The notes under the pieces: model-generated
Database searches by the model: none
What the model saw: only the letters and a program-made list of their open reading frames with translations
What the model was told of the DNA's origin: nothing
Shown here: positions 50,655 to 64,000 of the stretch, in pieces
Layout of the letters: the number at the start of each line of letters is the position of its first letter
Position numbering within the stretch: the first letter of the stretch is position 1
Made by a program: the position numbers and the translations under genes
Assembly: GCF_009914755.1 (NCBI RefSeq)
Contig: NC_060939.1
Strand: one strand, 5' to 3'
Length of the DNA: 64,000 nt
From: the human T2T-CHM13v2.0 reference genome, Homo sapiens

Positions 50655-50915
50655 CACATAAACTTGGATGTCACTTCCTCCAGGAAGCTTCCCCTGACTG
50701 CACTGCCCACCCCCTCCCCACAGGCTGGATGAGGTCCTCTCACTGCTCCCACAGTATCTGGTTTGCCCCATAGGCCACAGCACTGACTTCTCTCTACTAC
50801 TTGTCTGTCTTCCATACCTCCATGAAGGCAAAGAATGGGCTATGTCCCAGCACCTAGCATGATGCCCGGCACATGGCAGGTGTTCAATAAATATTAATAC
50901 ATCCTGAACAAATGA
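50655..50915 (+). mobile_element. L2 3' end
   Basis: tgtcacttcctccaggaagcttcccctgac...ctccatgaaggca...cccagcacctagcatgatgcccggcacat...tcaataaata. Confidence 0.8.
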
Positions 50916-51219
50916 GTATCTGAATCTGCAGAGGCTCCCTCTCCTCTCATCAGGGCTCTAATTGTACTAACTTGAGCCATGCCCATCTGGCTGAAGGTGA
51001 ATACATAATTAAGCTATAAGACCAGGGCAATGCTGAGCCCCAAATCCCTAGATGGCAAAATGCTCTTTAGAAAAATTCCAGTGACTCTGCATCAAAGCCT
51101 AGGCTCTGGCCTCCCCAGTCTGAAGCCCTGGGGGCCCTCTGTCATCAAATGCCAGTGTCAGATTACAAAATCCCCTGAGGACCTCCCTTGCAACGCTACT
51201 AATCGCCCCAGGGTATTAG

Positions 51220-51760
51220 CCTGCCTCACCTCAACATGGCTTAACTGTTAATAATTGTTTATCAATTAAAATTGTCAACTTGTCAGAACATTCCCATTGG
51301 GTTTCCACATAAAGCAATCACATCCAGCCACTGGGCCTGATAAAAGCTCCAGCATTGCAGTCAATTCCCTTAATCGATGCTTCGGGCCCCAGATCTGCTC
51401 GTGGCCGGCTCCTGGTACCCCAGCCTTCCTTGCTTTGCAAAGGATTTTCTCGGCCGAGTTGTTCGAACCACCAATGCTGTATCCCTGCAAGGAGCAACAG
51501 CTTTTCAACTTGTTAATGATATTGGAGCATACGGCCTGAGTCAGCAACCCCCCGCACACCACCCAAGAAAATCTTTTTCTGGGTCTTTTTTCCCCATTTG
51601 ACAGATGCCAGGCTTTCTCCAGAAAGACACATTCCAACTGATTGATTTTTTTCTTTGGGGAATTGATCCTTACCACCTACGAGGAAAGCAAAACATGAGG
51701 CTTGTCAAGCATTTTTTTAATGCTCTGATTTAAAAACTCATCCCCTGCTTCTGCCTTGCA
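51220..51760. promoter_or_regulatory. candidate enhancer with PBX/MEIS/AP-1 motifs
   Basis: TGATTGAT 51639-51646, TGACAG 51599-51604, TGAGTCA 51537-51543, AATCGAT 51372-51378, and retained CpGs. Confidence 0.45.
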
Positions 51761-51894
51761 ACTTGCCTTGCCCAAAGGAGCTGCCTCTTCTCAAGGAGAC
51801 ATATGACAGAGTCCCGAAGGAGATGGCACTGGGAGGATGGACAGAAGGACGGATGGTGCCCACCGCCTGCCCTCCATCAGGGAGGCTCCAGGCA

Positions 51895-52105
51895 GAGGGA
51901 AGTAGTTAGGCACCTGGGATTCAGGTTGGACAGACCTGGGTTTGAGTCCCAGTTCTACTGAGCCAGCTATGTGACCTTGAGTCAATTAAAGTTACCTAAC
52001 ATCACAAAGCCTTGTGTTCTCCATCTATAAAGTTGGACTAATCACATTACCCAAATAGATGATAGTGAGGGAGAAATAAGATAACAGCTGTGAAGTGTCT
52101 GGCAG
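51895..52105 (+). mobile_element. MIR SINE
   Basis: cagacctgggtttgagtcccagttctac...agctatgtgaccttg...catctataaa. Confidence 0.8.
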
Positions 52106-52419
52106 AGTGGGCTCCCAGCAAGGGCCCCAGAAATCCCAACTCTTCCTGTCATCATTGGCTTTGGAGAAGGCAGCACACTTGTGAGACTCAAGCATGCTGA
52201 ACTCAGGGACTTCAGCAGACTCAAAACCAAGCATCTAGGGACAGAAGAGGCCAAGTAATAACACAGTCCCTGCTTCCACCACCTCATCCAGTGCTTGCAG
52301 ACCCTCTCCCTCATCTCATGTCAAACCTCTCCCGAGATGCTTCTGCTAACAGCAAACACAGGCATTCTGTTCCTGCCTAACTCCATTGCATTCGTGTCCT
52401 CAAGTGAAAATGGCTCTCT

Positions 52420-52780
52420 CCAACTCCTGGGCCTTTGTACATGCTGTTCTCCCCATCCCCCATCCCACCCCTCTTCCCGCCTCCTCACCTGGCTAACTCT
52501 CTCTCAGGTGTCACTTTCAATGTTCCCTACTTTAGGAAGCTGTCCCTGGCTACCCTCCATAGGTTAGACGTTCCTGACTCGTGCTCCCCTAACGTCTCCC
52601 CTATCCCATCATAGGGTCACATGTCACTGTTTTTGTTTGATTGTCTTCAACACTGGCTCAGGAGCCTCTGAAAAGGGGATGCTGTTTCTCTTACCATCAT
52701 CTCCTCAGCACCCAGCTCGGTAGCGGCACAGAGCAGAAGCTTAATAATCATTTGCTGAATGTGTCAATGGGCGAATCAAT
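52420..52780 (+). mobile_element. L2 3' end
   Basis: gggcctttgtacatgctgttc...cacctggctaactc...ttaataatcatttgctgaatg. Confidence 0.7.
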
Positions 52781-54459
52781 GAAGCCCCTTTCAATTATAA
52801 GCAGCTCTGATTATTACAAGCTCTTCGCTTCACTGAGCTGAAATCTGCCTCCTTGAACTTCCACGTATTGGCAGCAAGTCTGCCCTTTCCTGCTCCCCAG
52901 ACACATTTTATTTTGATTCCATGTGAAAAGCCTTCAGGGGATTTTTCTCTATTAGGATCTGATAGAAGTTAGAGATAGAGTGACAGGAACCCATGGCTTC
53001 TAAGCAGGATGTGGCAGGGACAGTGCCCACCTGTGAAGAAGTGTTCTCCCTTCAAAGTTAGCCTTTTGTCCTGGGGACTGCAGCAAGGCTGCTGCCACCA
53101 TCCTGCTCCACGAAGCCCACCCTGTTTAGGAAAGCTGTCACTGCCGCATCCCCAGCACTGAGCAGCCTGTGGTCCCACTGATTTTAAATCTTATTCCAGT
53201 GAGAAGCTAAATCAGGAGCTACTTAGCACCACTGATTTATCACTTTAATAAACCTAACACAAAGCGGATGTGAGAGGCCACTGTCAGTCACCCCTCCCAT
53301 CCTGCCCCCACCTTCCCTCCCAGCGCCTTTGCCCAGCCTGCAGGCCCCCTAACTTCCCTGCAATCTCAGGGAGTTTGTGCTTTTATGAATTGGTCCTTAT
53401 CAAAACCACATCCTTTTCATGATGTCGGCTGTATTTGTTTCTCACTGAGTTGTGTTTACAAATTCCCTGCCTCCCCAGGAACTCGCACTTCTTCTTTGAA
53501 AAGACTCTTTAACACCCCTGGCCTGAGAGTCTACAGTCCTTCGCCTGTCCATGCCCCAGCTCTGTGGCTAACTCCTCATGTGGACGGGTCACACTGTTGG
53601 CCAGAACAGTGCAGGAGGGGGCAGGAGGAGACAAACTCCCAGAGTCCTTTTGCAGCCTCACATTCTTTGAGCTGAGAATGTTCAGTTCTCCCCTAACCAG
53701 AGCTTCGAGAAGTTGATTTCCATTCCCCCCAATCCAAACTACGCCCAGGGTCAAGCCCAAAGAGTTTCCTTACATGTCCAATAACTCTACTTGAACATTT
53801 AATGCTTTCCCCTTATTTTTAAATAACTTTATTTTTAAAATCACCTATTACACTGCTTCTAAGCCAGGATTCAAACCCAGGACTGTGCAGCCCCAAAGCC
53901 CGCACTCCCCCCAACTCTCACACGCAGCCTCTCCAGCAAACCCAAGCCTGTGGGGCAGGTGGATACAGAAGCGATGCTGGCCCACAGGCTGGGTGAGCAG
54001 GGAAGGCTTCCTAGCAGAGGAGGAAACCCCCAAGTGCAGTGGCATGAAGCACTTCATTGCGCAGATTGAGGTTGTGGAAACAGAACCCTGATCAGCTCTC
54101 TCCTCTGAACTCCAGTGGTCAAATTAGGGTCACCAAGGCAAAGGACATGTCATCCTCTTAGCCCGTGAGACTTAGGGTAAAGGGAGCAGACATTCCATCC
54201 TGTCCCTCCCTGGCTCACCCTGCAGGATGTCCCTGCCCATCACCCCCTTCCCACTCTCTATCCCTCATCCGGCCCTGCAGCTATACAGAGAAACAGCTTT
54301 GCCTACCCTGGGGGCCCCTGACTTCCCTTGCAGTTCCAGGGAGTTCGTGCTTTCATGAATTAGTTGAGGTGAGGATGGGCAGGTGCTCTGTTCTCTCCTG
54401 AGCGTTTCACCCAGGGGTCTGACTCTGTGTCTTTGGGAAGAAGCACCACCTCAATATAT

Positions 54460-54930
54460 CTGAACTTGAGAGAATGACAAATGTGTAAGGTCATTTACTG
54501 CAGGACTGTTTACAATAGCAAAAGCCTAGAAATAACCTAGCTTTCCATACTCAAGGGAAAGGGTAAATCATGGTACAGCCACACAATGGAATAGTATGCA
54601 GCCACAAAAAGGAATCAGAAAGCTCTTCGGGTACTGAAAAGTGTACAATACTAGAGCTAAAGTGAAAAAAAGTACAGAGCAGAATTTAGAATATGTTACC
54701 ATCTGTGTAAGAATGTTGAAGTATAGGGGAAGAATATATGTGTATATTTCCTTATCTATGCATAAAGTATCTCCAGAAAGATGCTCCAAAACTGGTCTCA
54801 TGGATTTCCTCCAGGAAGGGCGGTCTGGAAGAAAGTTTATACTGCACTGCCTTTTATAACTGTTAAAGTTTGAGCCAGGAGAATGTGTTACCTGTGCAGA
54901 AAATAAATACCATTAAAACTACAAAAAATA
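54460..54930 (+). mobile_element. old L1M 3' fragment
   Basis: tgtttacaatagcaaaa...atggtacagccacacaatggaatagtatgcagcca...aaagtgaaaaaaag. Confidence 0.75.
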
Positions 54931-55439
54931 AGGCACATTTTCCTGAAGGCCTCTGCTAACACAGAAAAGCATCCTCTGGGAGAAGAAACATGCTAGCATC
55001 CATAAACTTATTAGTCTCAAGTGAGCATAACTGTTACTAAGGCAGAGCCCTGACGGAAGGGGAGTCGGGATTGATCAGGAAGGTTTGTTCCGATCAAGGG
55101 GCCAAACCTTGGCCACTTCCAGAAGGTCAGTTCTGCTGCTGAGTTGGAGCCTGAGGTGTCACCTCCCCAGCAATGACCTGGCCTCTGTCACACCTTGCTT
55201 AGCCCAGCTCAGGACAACAGCAGGTCCCTTGAGGCTGGCAGAGCAGGGGCGGTGGCAGCTGCAGCAAGGTCCCAGCAGCTGCTGGTCTCAGCACAACACG
55301 GAGAGCCCCCATAAAGCATAATTGCACAGAGCCCCAAGATGGTGTTTACTCCTGTAGCACACTCAGAGCAATATCGATTTCTTCAAATAAGATCCCTGTT
55401 TTCCCTTACTCCAACTTTCATCAACCTAATCTTGCAAGA

Positions 55440-55665
55440 CGCCTTCTCCCTTCCTTTTCCCATTTTTTCCCTTCTCTTCCACTACTCTTGTTTCCTCTTT
55501 CACTTTCCCTTTCTCCCCTTTCTTCTTAATTCACAGCCCTGCTCTAAGCACCTCCCCTGGGCCAGGGCCAGGGCCAGGCACAGAAGCCACAAAGCTGGCC
55601 CCCTCCTCCCTCCCTTCTTCCTTTTCTCCTCTCCTCTCTTCCTCCCTCCCTTCCTTTCTTCCTAT
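55440..55665 (+). repeat. CT-rich low-complexity tracts
   Basis: two polypyrimidine runs at about 55440-55530 and 55598-55662. Confidence 0.7.
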
Positions 55666-56149
55666 CAGTGATGGTTCTTCATCCAAGTCTACTCACTCTG
55701 GCCCTTTGGGGGATTGGGGCAAAGGGAGGGAGAAAGAGATGGGGGCAGAGGCTGCAGGATGTGCCAGCTGGCCCTGTCATCTCAAGTAGAGCCCCCCAGG
55801 GGAGATGAGAGTCAGAAGGATGCAGGGAAGGGAGCTGATGGGCCCCCCGACTGGCCCAGCATCAGCTCTTGAGAAGCCACTGCAGCCCAGCAGAGAGCAA
55901 GGTGCCAACACCACGAGCACCTTTGGGTCCCCGGACCCCTTCATCTCTCCACCCACAGTGGAGAAAATTCCCTTCTGGAATGGCAGGCTATCCTCCCTAC
56001 TGCTGCCCATCCATGTTCCCACCTTTCTTCCAGGTGCAGCCCACGCCCCTGCTCTCAACACATCCTGCCCAGTACCACAGCTGGTCATGCAGCTGCCACC
56101 CTCCTTTGTATCATAGTTCTGGTGACATCTGGCTCCTAACTAGTCTCAA

Positions 56150-56355
56150 ATTCCTTAAAGGGGGAAACAAGGCCTTCTTTATTTGTGCCTCACTCTCTTC
56201 CCCCAACCTTGACCTATCACCTAGCACAGTTACATGGGGAAGACACTTGGCAGGTATTTGCAGAAAGGAAGAAGAAAAGGGATGGAAGGAAGGAAGGAAG
56301 AAAAGGAGGGAGGGACAGAGAGGGAGAGGAAGGAAGGGAGGGAGGGAGGAAATAA
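56150..56355 (+). mobile_element. L2 3' end running into a (GGAA/GGGA)n tail
   Basis: cacctagcacagt...gtatttgcagaaaggaagaag...ggaaggaagg. Confidence 0.55.
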
Positions 56356-56419
56356 AGACAAAACAGATTTCTACCTCTGAATTTTCAGAGCATATAATAG
56401 TTGCTATTCATCTGGTGCT

Positions 56420-56610
56420 TTTTAATTTCTAAAGCACACTTATGTTTATCATTTAATTTGCTTTCCCAACTCCTCTAAGAAGTAGGCAAGACAGCTGTGT
56501 TATTGTCTCCACTTTAGAGATGAGAACAGTGAGGTTCAAAGACATAAAAGACTTGACCAAGGTCATCCATGCCAGATCTGGTCCAGAGCCCAGAGCTCCT
56601 GGCTCCATGC
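56420..56610 (-). mobile_element. MIR SINE
   Basis: ccactttagagatgagaacagtgaggttca...gacttgaccaaggtca. Confidence 0.75.
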
Positions 56611-57379
56611 CCCTGGCACTTGGCATAGCCTCTCTCATTACCTGTAGCATACTCTGGGCCTGACTCCTAGAGCAGCTGGCATGATTAATTGCCTCCTGGC
56701 ATGTGGGGGACTCATCTACTGGCCTGGGCTATCAGCCACTGAAGGGCAGAGACCCCTCTCTGCTGTTCCTCCCAGTCCACAGGCACAGCCCAGAACCTGG
56801 CATTGCATAGTGGCTGGTGGACCCTTACTGGTCACTAAGAACCTTAACCCCCGCCAGGCCCTGCAATAGGGAACAATGGTGGGATGGGGGCCGGGGAGCC
56901 TGGACTTCATACCCTGCCCGAGATGAGCAAGCCCACAGTGCTGCTGGCTTCTCTGGTGCCTGAGAACACACATGTCTAGAAACTAGAAAGCCTGAGAGGC
57001 GGGACACTTATTTTTTTCCTGGGGGCAGAACAGTAGAGGAAAGGTGACAAGGAATTCAGCCCTTAAACACATAACTAATGTTGCTTCTTCCACCCCTGCC
57101 CCAGAGCACCTACAGAGGGCATGAATGCCACACACTCAACAAAACATTTTACCAAAGCAACAAAAACAATATCAGGCCCACAGTGGCAGCGTGTGGGTTG
57201 CCATGGAGTCTGACAAATCCTCGGACGCCAGCAGTCAGGGCTGCAGCCCGCGTGCTTCCACGGCTCTCTACACACCACGTGCAAACACACCCCAAGGCCA
57301 ACGCACCACATTCTTCCAGGGCCAGAACTAGGGCCTACCAGATGGCAAAATCATCCAACCCGGAGTCGGGAGATCAGGC

Positions 57380-57610
57380 GGTGTGACCCAGGTGAACTTC
57401 ACTTCTCAGAGCTCCAATTTTCTCATCTGGAAAATGAGAGTGATGAAGCTTTCCTGTGCCGCAGATAGCATGACATGTATGTGTGCAAGTGCTTTGCAGA
57501 GAATACAGAGTGTGGTAGGAGAGTCGAGTGGCTAGACTGTGGACTCTAGAGCTGGGGTTCCTGTGTTCAAATTCCAACTCCAGCACTTAGAGCTAGGCAA
57601 CCAGCTAGTT
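57380..57610 (+). mobile_element. two adjacent MIR fragments
   Basis: ttttctcatctggaaaatgag (core), then gtggactctagagc...gttcaaattccaactc (5' end). Confidence 0.6.
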
Positions 57611-57864
57611 ACTAGGGCAACTCACCCACTGCTGGATAAGACGTTTCCCCACGTGTGTGAGAACAAGCAGCTGACAGGCACCATGGGAAAAGGCGACTCT
57701 GGCCTTGGCAAAGAGAGGAGAAAGGGTGGAAGATAACCCGAGGGCATGGCTCAGGCACCAGGGCAACCTTCTACCTGCCCACACTTCACATTTCACAAAG
57801 CCCCCTCTTTCCCATGATCTCACTTGCTTTTCTGCTCCCATCCCCACTTGCAGTCCAAGAGTCG

Positions 57865-57985
57865 GGATGATTTGTCAGACATGAACAGATGAGAATCCTA
57901 AGCAGCTCAGAGGATGAAGGTGAGTTGCCCAAGGTCACATAAAGGCAGTGTCACAGCCAGAAGCCAGTACAGCAAAGCCCGCTTT
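57865..57985 (-). mobile_element. MIR fragment
   Basis: acagatgag...gctcagagg...ttgcccaaggtcaca. Confidence 0.65.
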
Positions 57986-58489
57986 AGCCAGGCACTGTGC
58001 AAGGCATGGGTACCAGAATGTGCCACGGTCTTAGCTCTGGGAAAGTCACATCTAGAGAGGGAGTCAGGAGTCAGTGAAGCACCACCCCAAAGCACGAGTC
58101 CTATTCCCACAAGGCAAGGGTGTGAGCCCCAAGGGAGTGAACACAAAGTGCAACAGCCACCAGGACACAGCCCGATGGCCTGGCAGTCCCAGGGCCAAGT
58201 GTTGGTATCTGCAGCCACAATGGTGCCTGCACATCCCTGAGCCCCTGCTCCAGGCTCCTGCCTGCTTTGGCTCCAGTCCAGCTGGTGATGCTGCAGCCAC
58301 AGGTTCTTACTCTAGTTGGAGCCCCCAGGGGATCTGGCTGTGCCCACTTCTTCCATTCCATCCCTGCCACCTCCTCCTCCAGCCCTCTGGCCACCAGCAT
58401 CTTCTAGTTGCTTAGGAGCAAAAAACTCTTTTCCTTCTCAAGGTCTTCACCCATTCAATTTCCCCTGCCAGGAGTTCCCTCCCCATCCC

Positions 58490-58800
58490 CAGGCTTTACT
58501 TCTGAATCCTTCAGGTCTCAGCTCCATAATCCTTCCCTGATCCCCCCAGCTTCCCATCTAAAGGAGGTCTCCCTGGTGTATTAGCTCTCAGCACCCCATG
58601 TTCTTTTCCTCCATGCCATCCATTGAAAATGTCCTCAATTTATTTGAGGATGGCTGTTAACAGCCTCTCTCACTAGGCTGTCGGTATCATGGAGACAGAC
58701 ACCTCATCTCTTTTATTCACCCCCAGCATCCACCTCTCAGCCCAACAATGAGCTCAGCGCACAGTAAGCACTCAATACTTACTGCCCAGATAAAAAATAA
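58490..58800 (+). mobile_element. L2 3' end
   Basis: atccttcaggtctcagctc...ccttccctga...cactaggctgt...cacagtaagcactcaata. Confidence 0.7.
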
Positions 58801-59199
58801 GTGAAGATGTTATTTAGCCATTTGAGTGGGTTTGCTGAGGATGGATGACCCTCTCGTCTGAAAGGATGCAGTAATTACTGTCATAGGGACACCACCAAAA
58901 TAAACACCTTTCTTTTCCAGTCTCTCTGCCTCCTTGGGATTAAATGCAAGTAATATCTCATACTTGTGTGTAACAAAGTAAAAATCTGACTCCTGTTAGA
59001 TCCCACACTTTACCTTTGTTAGGTAGTAGGGAAGTGCTGTTATCCTTGGGATGATGCCCAGGGAAGGGAAGTGATTAGCCCAGCTTCACACAGACATTAA
59101 CTGAAGTATGGAGAACAAAGTGGGGCTGTCACCTTCTGCCCTGATCAAGCCAGACCTGCAGCCCTTTTTACATTTAAGAGGGAGAGCCTGGGAATAATG

Positions 59200-59330
59200 A
59201 CTTGCTGGGCTGTGAGCTCCCTGAGTGAAGGGTCATGTCTGTTTTATAAATTTCTGTCTTGTCAGCACCTAGCCAACAGCCTGGCACATAAGAAAGAGGT
59301 GCTTGAAAATCCATTGTGAAATCAACAAAT
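59200..59330 (+). mobile_element. L2 3' end
   Basis: ctgtgagctccctgag...cagcacctagc...gcctggcacata. Confidence 0.7.
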
Positions 59331-60996
59331 GATGCCTGCCCTGGAAAAGAAAACATTGGTTGGGGTGGGGGCAGGGAGAAGGGAGACAGGTTTCTAAACA
59401 TCTGAAAAGTTACTATGTGAAAGAGAGAAATCATTTCTGGGACCAAAATAAATACCTTTCTTTTACTAAGAACAGTCCAAACCCACATGGGCTCCCTTAG
59501 GAGACAGTGAGTTCCCTGTCAACCAAGGTAATCAAACTGAGCCTGGACAAGCATCTCTGTGGCAGTGACAGCAGCAGGGCCTCCACGTTGCATAACCTGT
59601 GAGGCCCGTTTACATCCAAGAGTGGAAATGGTAGCCCAGAGGCTGGGGTAGAAATTAGCATCCGAAGAGCTGTGCCCAGGTTCAGAGACCTGCAGGGCCC
59701 CACCTAACTCTGAGAATGTGTGATTCTCTGGTCTGGGTGCAGAGAAGGACCAGGATTCACCCCCATGTCTCCTGATTTGCAGCCCGGTCCCATGGACATG
59801 AAGCCTGGGGTTATGGATCAGAAAGTCTCAGGACTCAGCTTTGAGCCTCAGCTACTCCATTCGACTTCTGGCCTTTGTTCTCCCAGTGACTTTGCTTGGG
59901 GTCAGAAAACGGAACCTCCACCCATAAATCCACCCCAATGCTCACCGTCCCCTTGGGACATCTTTCCTTTCCTCCTCCATCTGGGCACAATCTCACTCAC
60001 ACATCCCCAAGTCTAGCCTGAGGTGCTGAGGCAGCTGTCTCCCTGAGAGCCATCTCCCAGGTGCCCCTACCTTCCCCCCGCACATGGGAGTCCTTGTGCA
60101 GAGAGAACAAGGTGCAGCTGGAAGGGGCTCAGCTGGGCCCAGAGACAAAGGAGAAGAGGGAGGTGGCTGCCTGGGAACTGGATGCCAATTCCCAGCTGCC
60201 TCTGAAGGTCATTGATGTAGCTGCCTCCCAGCCTTCCCTCTCAGTGGGTCCAATAAGAGGACTCTCAAATGGTCTCCACCCAAAGAAAAGAGAAATTCAT
60301 GAAGCAGCAGCAAGCGGGGGTGGCAGAGGGGAAGTCAAGCAGGAAAGTGATTCTGATCTCCAGCCAGCTCGGCTTTAGTGGCCAGGGGCCATCGTCACAC
60401 GACACCAGCACAAAAGGCTCAATGGGCTTGGATCCACTAGCTTGTGCCCAGGGCCGTCTCTAGGGAGGGGAACCAAAAGAAAGTGACACCCAAAGACTGA
60501 ATCAGCCTTTCTGCTGCCAGAGGTTAATGAGCAAGGCTCCCTGCCTTTCTGGGGAGGTGCTATTTTGATTTCCCCAAAGCCCCTTCCTGGTAGACACTGA
60601 AATGGTCAACAAACCCTACTAACTCTTGTTAGCCCCACAAGGACATAGAGACATTCAGACTCAAACCCTGCCTTGGGGACCTTCAGGACAACTTCACCAA
60701 GGAGGCACAGGGGGTGAACAGGTGACATGACATAATGCCACACAGAGCCCAGCAGGTGACTAGCAGGGGCACCCTGAGTTTCCTCTGGGCTTCTGGAGAG
60801 ACCTTGGTTTCTTCTGGTGGGGGAGACAGTGGCCTTTAGGCTGTGCCTCATCCCCACAAGCCAGGGAGCAAGGGGCAAGGCTGGAGCCACAGGCTGCACT
60901 CCTCCCTCCTGGGACACCCTGGTGCTGGGCTTGGGCAATCCACCCAAGGCCAACCTGCTCAGATCGGCTGTGATGTCTGGATTGTGAAGACTCTAG

Positions 60997-61378
<382 letters not shown>

Positions 61379-61689
61379 TCAGATCAAGTTTTAAAGGTGG
61401 AAGGGCACCAGTACCCTTCATCTATCTGTGTCAATCTCTCTCCATCCGAAGGAGCATGGAGAGAAATGTCACCTCCCCGGGGAACAAAACTACATTTTAG
61501 CAGGAGCCTTCTGGAGACCAGGAAATCACCCAGTGGCATCTCCCTAATGGGAAAATCTCTGGCTTGTCAGTGGGAGAGATATTGAGAGGTCCTGAGACAT
61601 AGCAATTTGTACAATGCCTTTTTCCTCAAAAGCATACCCTCTGCTAACACTTCATTCAGATATCTGCCTCCTTCCAGGTCTGGCACAGT

Positions 61690-61870
61690 TTCTAGGAAAG
61701 AGGCTTGGCTTTGGAGTCAAGCAGACCTAAGCTTGAATCCTATCTCTTCGGGTTCCCAGCTCAGTGACCTCTGGCTAGTCACCTGACTTCTCTGTGCTTC
61801 TGCTTCCTCCTATCTGAACTAGGAATAACAGGCCCCACTGCGAAGCACTTCTGTAAGAATGGAGGAAGAA
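61690..61870 (+). mobile_element. MIR SINE
   Basis: ggctttggagtca...cagacct...ttgaatcc...ctctgtgcttctgcttcctcctatctg. Confidence 0.7.
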
Positions 61871-61872
61871 AA

Positions 61873-62228
<356 letters not shown>

Positions 62229-63812
62229 CTACGTGACTCTCCTCTCTGTGCCCCTGGATATGCAGCACTTGCTCTGGGAGGCCACCAATAACCACAGGAA
62301 AAGTTTTATCACTGGGATGAAGACACACTGGAATATACCCATCATTCCAACCAGCTGGGGAGGCAGGGAAGGGAGAGGACCATTTGGGGAAAAGGATATT
62401 AACGGTTCCAGCCAACAGAAGTCCCTCATCACCTTTAATTCTCCCAGAGGAAGCCTGTCCAGGTTGAGTTATCTTCTGTGGGAAGGAAAAGTGGCTCTGG
62501 CCCTTTTAACCTAACACGGATCATAGAGCAGAGAAAATATAACAGCCCCAAACCACTAAGCACTCTTCAACTAGATTTTCCCAGCCCTGCCAGAGGCAAA
62601 TGGAGGCTGCAGCTAAAGGAATGACATGTATATTTTCTGGAGGAAGTGGAAGGCCCACCTGTCAGGCAAAGGCAGTGGGGATCCTCAGGGAGCTGGCAGG
62701 GCATCTGCCCATGTGACCTCAGAGGCAGGCCCTGCCCAGGGCAGACAGGCTCAAGAGGTGGCTGCCGAGTCAGGGTTTCTGAGGATGGATAGCCATGCAG
62801 TGGGCCAGCACTCAGAGCACGGGGACATTTCATCTCTCCATCATTGACCCACTTGACCGCTGTGCTGGTAAGTTGTTGCAACATATGCATGAAAATTGCA
62901 AGTCTCGTAATTCACCCAGATGGTGGAAGTTCCCAAATTGTTCCTTCTCAAGAGACAGCTGTTCCACCGCTGGGCCATATGGCTCCCTTTGCTCCGTACT
63001 CTGCTCTGGGAAATAAACCACTTGCCATGAGCAACTGCGCAGATCTTAGAACCATCTCTTGTTCTTAGCAGGTAATGAAGACCTCCAACAGAGGCGTCCA
63101 CATTGTACCATGCATGGTTTGTACACATGTCAGAAGCTGTGTTTTAAAACTCCATTAAGGTAAATACAGGAAGCTGGTGGGCAAGGCATGCCGGCTTTGC
63201 TTCCTACTCAGGGGTAATGTCTACCATCACAGATTCAGAAAAGGAAGATGCCCAGAAAGTCAGCTAGCCGTTTCTCTGCTTGCAGCAGGGCTAGCCCTCA
63301 CCACACCCAGACAAGCCCCAGAATGCTGGGCTGGAAGTGACCTTGAGAAAAATGCTATTTACCCTCTGACAGAGGCTTGCTTCATTCCAGACACATGGAG
63401 ACAGACAAATCTCACACATATATTTCACCATTTGAGCTGTAAGGTTATTAATCGCTAAGACCTGGGCTTTAGAACCATACTGACCTCCTCAGCGGAAATT
63501 CAAGAACACCGGCTGCCAGAGACCGTTCTTGTCACAGGTAGGCTGGCCCTTCGGACCCCTCTCTGCAGTTCTGAATAATTGTTTCTCTCTGGGACACCTG
63601 TAGGCTGACCCCCAGGACCTTGATGATGCAGATCTAAAATTTCCATCTTTGCTGTCTAGGTGGAAGTGGTACGATCTGTGCGTGTCCTAGAGCAAGCAGA
63701 GCCATGACTAGGCTTCTCCATTCATCAAGCTGAGTTCCTGCACCTCATTTCCATGATGAAGACTAGGAGCTTGGCAATATTTATTTGCTGTTCTCTCTAA
63801 CCATTTTAAACA

Positions 63813-64000
63813 TTTTCTTTTTTTTTTTTTTTTTTGAGACAGGGTCTCACTCTGTCGCCCAGGCTGGAGCAGCCATCACAGCTCACTGTAACCTCCAACT
63901 CCTGGGCTCAAGCAATCCTCCTGTCTCAGCCTCCCAAATAGCTGGAACTATAGGCATGCACCACCACAATTAGCTAATTAAAAAAGTTTTTTTTTGTAGA
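63813..64000 (-). mobile_element. AluJ, cut by the window end
   Basis: gagacagggtctcactctgtcgcccagg...ctcctgggctcaagcaatcctcc. Confidence 0.92.

Noticed and set aside
57380-57610. MIR halves in permuted order
   Set aside because: More simply two independent adjacent MIR insertions; too diverged to argue rearrangement.

Overview
Primate (human-like) nuclear DNA. I find no supportable cellular protein-coding exon, RNA gene or prokaryote-type system, so the window reads as an intergenic stretch or one large intron. It is dense in interspersed repeats: about 12 Alus (J and S types, several with visible target-site duplications, TSDs), about 20 MIR and about 12 L2 fragments, an L3/CR1, old L1M pieces, three solo LTRs (MLT1, MLT1A, LTR47-like), hAT-Charlie MITEs (MER5, MER20, MER58A, MER112-like) and TcMar elements (Tigger3, MADE1). 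A nested block at 32.6-38.3 kb has an L1MB hosting an AluJ, a Tigger3 and a 5'-complete but 3'-deleted L1PB, whose decayed ORF1 and ORF2 endonuclease are the only recognisable protein homology. Between repeats lie about ten repeat-free, AT-shifted islands rich in homeobox motifs that resemble conserved non-coding enhancers (inference only). The most unusual direct observations are a perfect 35-bp inverted duplication in unique DNA (44878-44912 / 46240-46274), a three-monomer Alu, an Alu without a TSD at a roughly 3-kb deletion junction, a fold-back hairpin in a deleted Tigger3, and a half MADE1 plus orphan DNA splitting a MIR. I do not see evidence for a new biological system. Repeat family names come from recalled consensus sequences, not a database search, and boundaries of old repeats are approximate.
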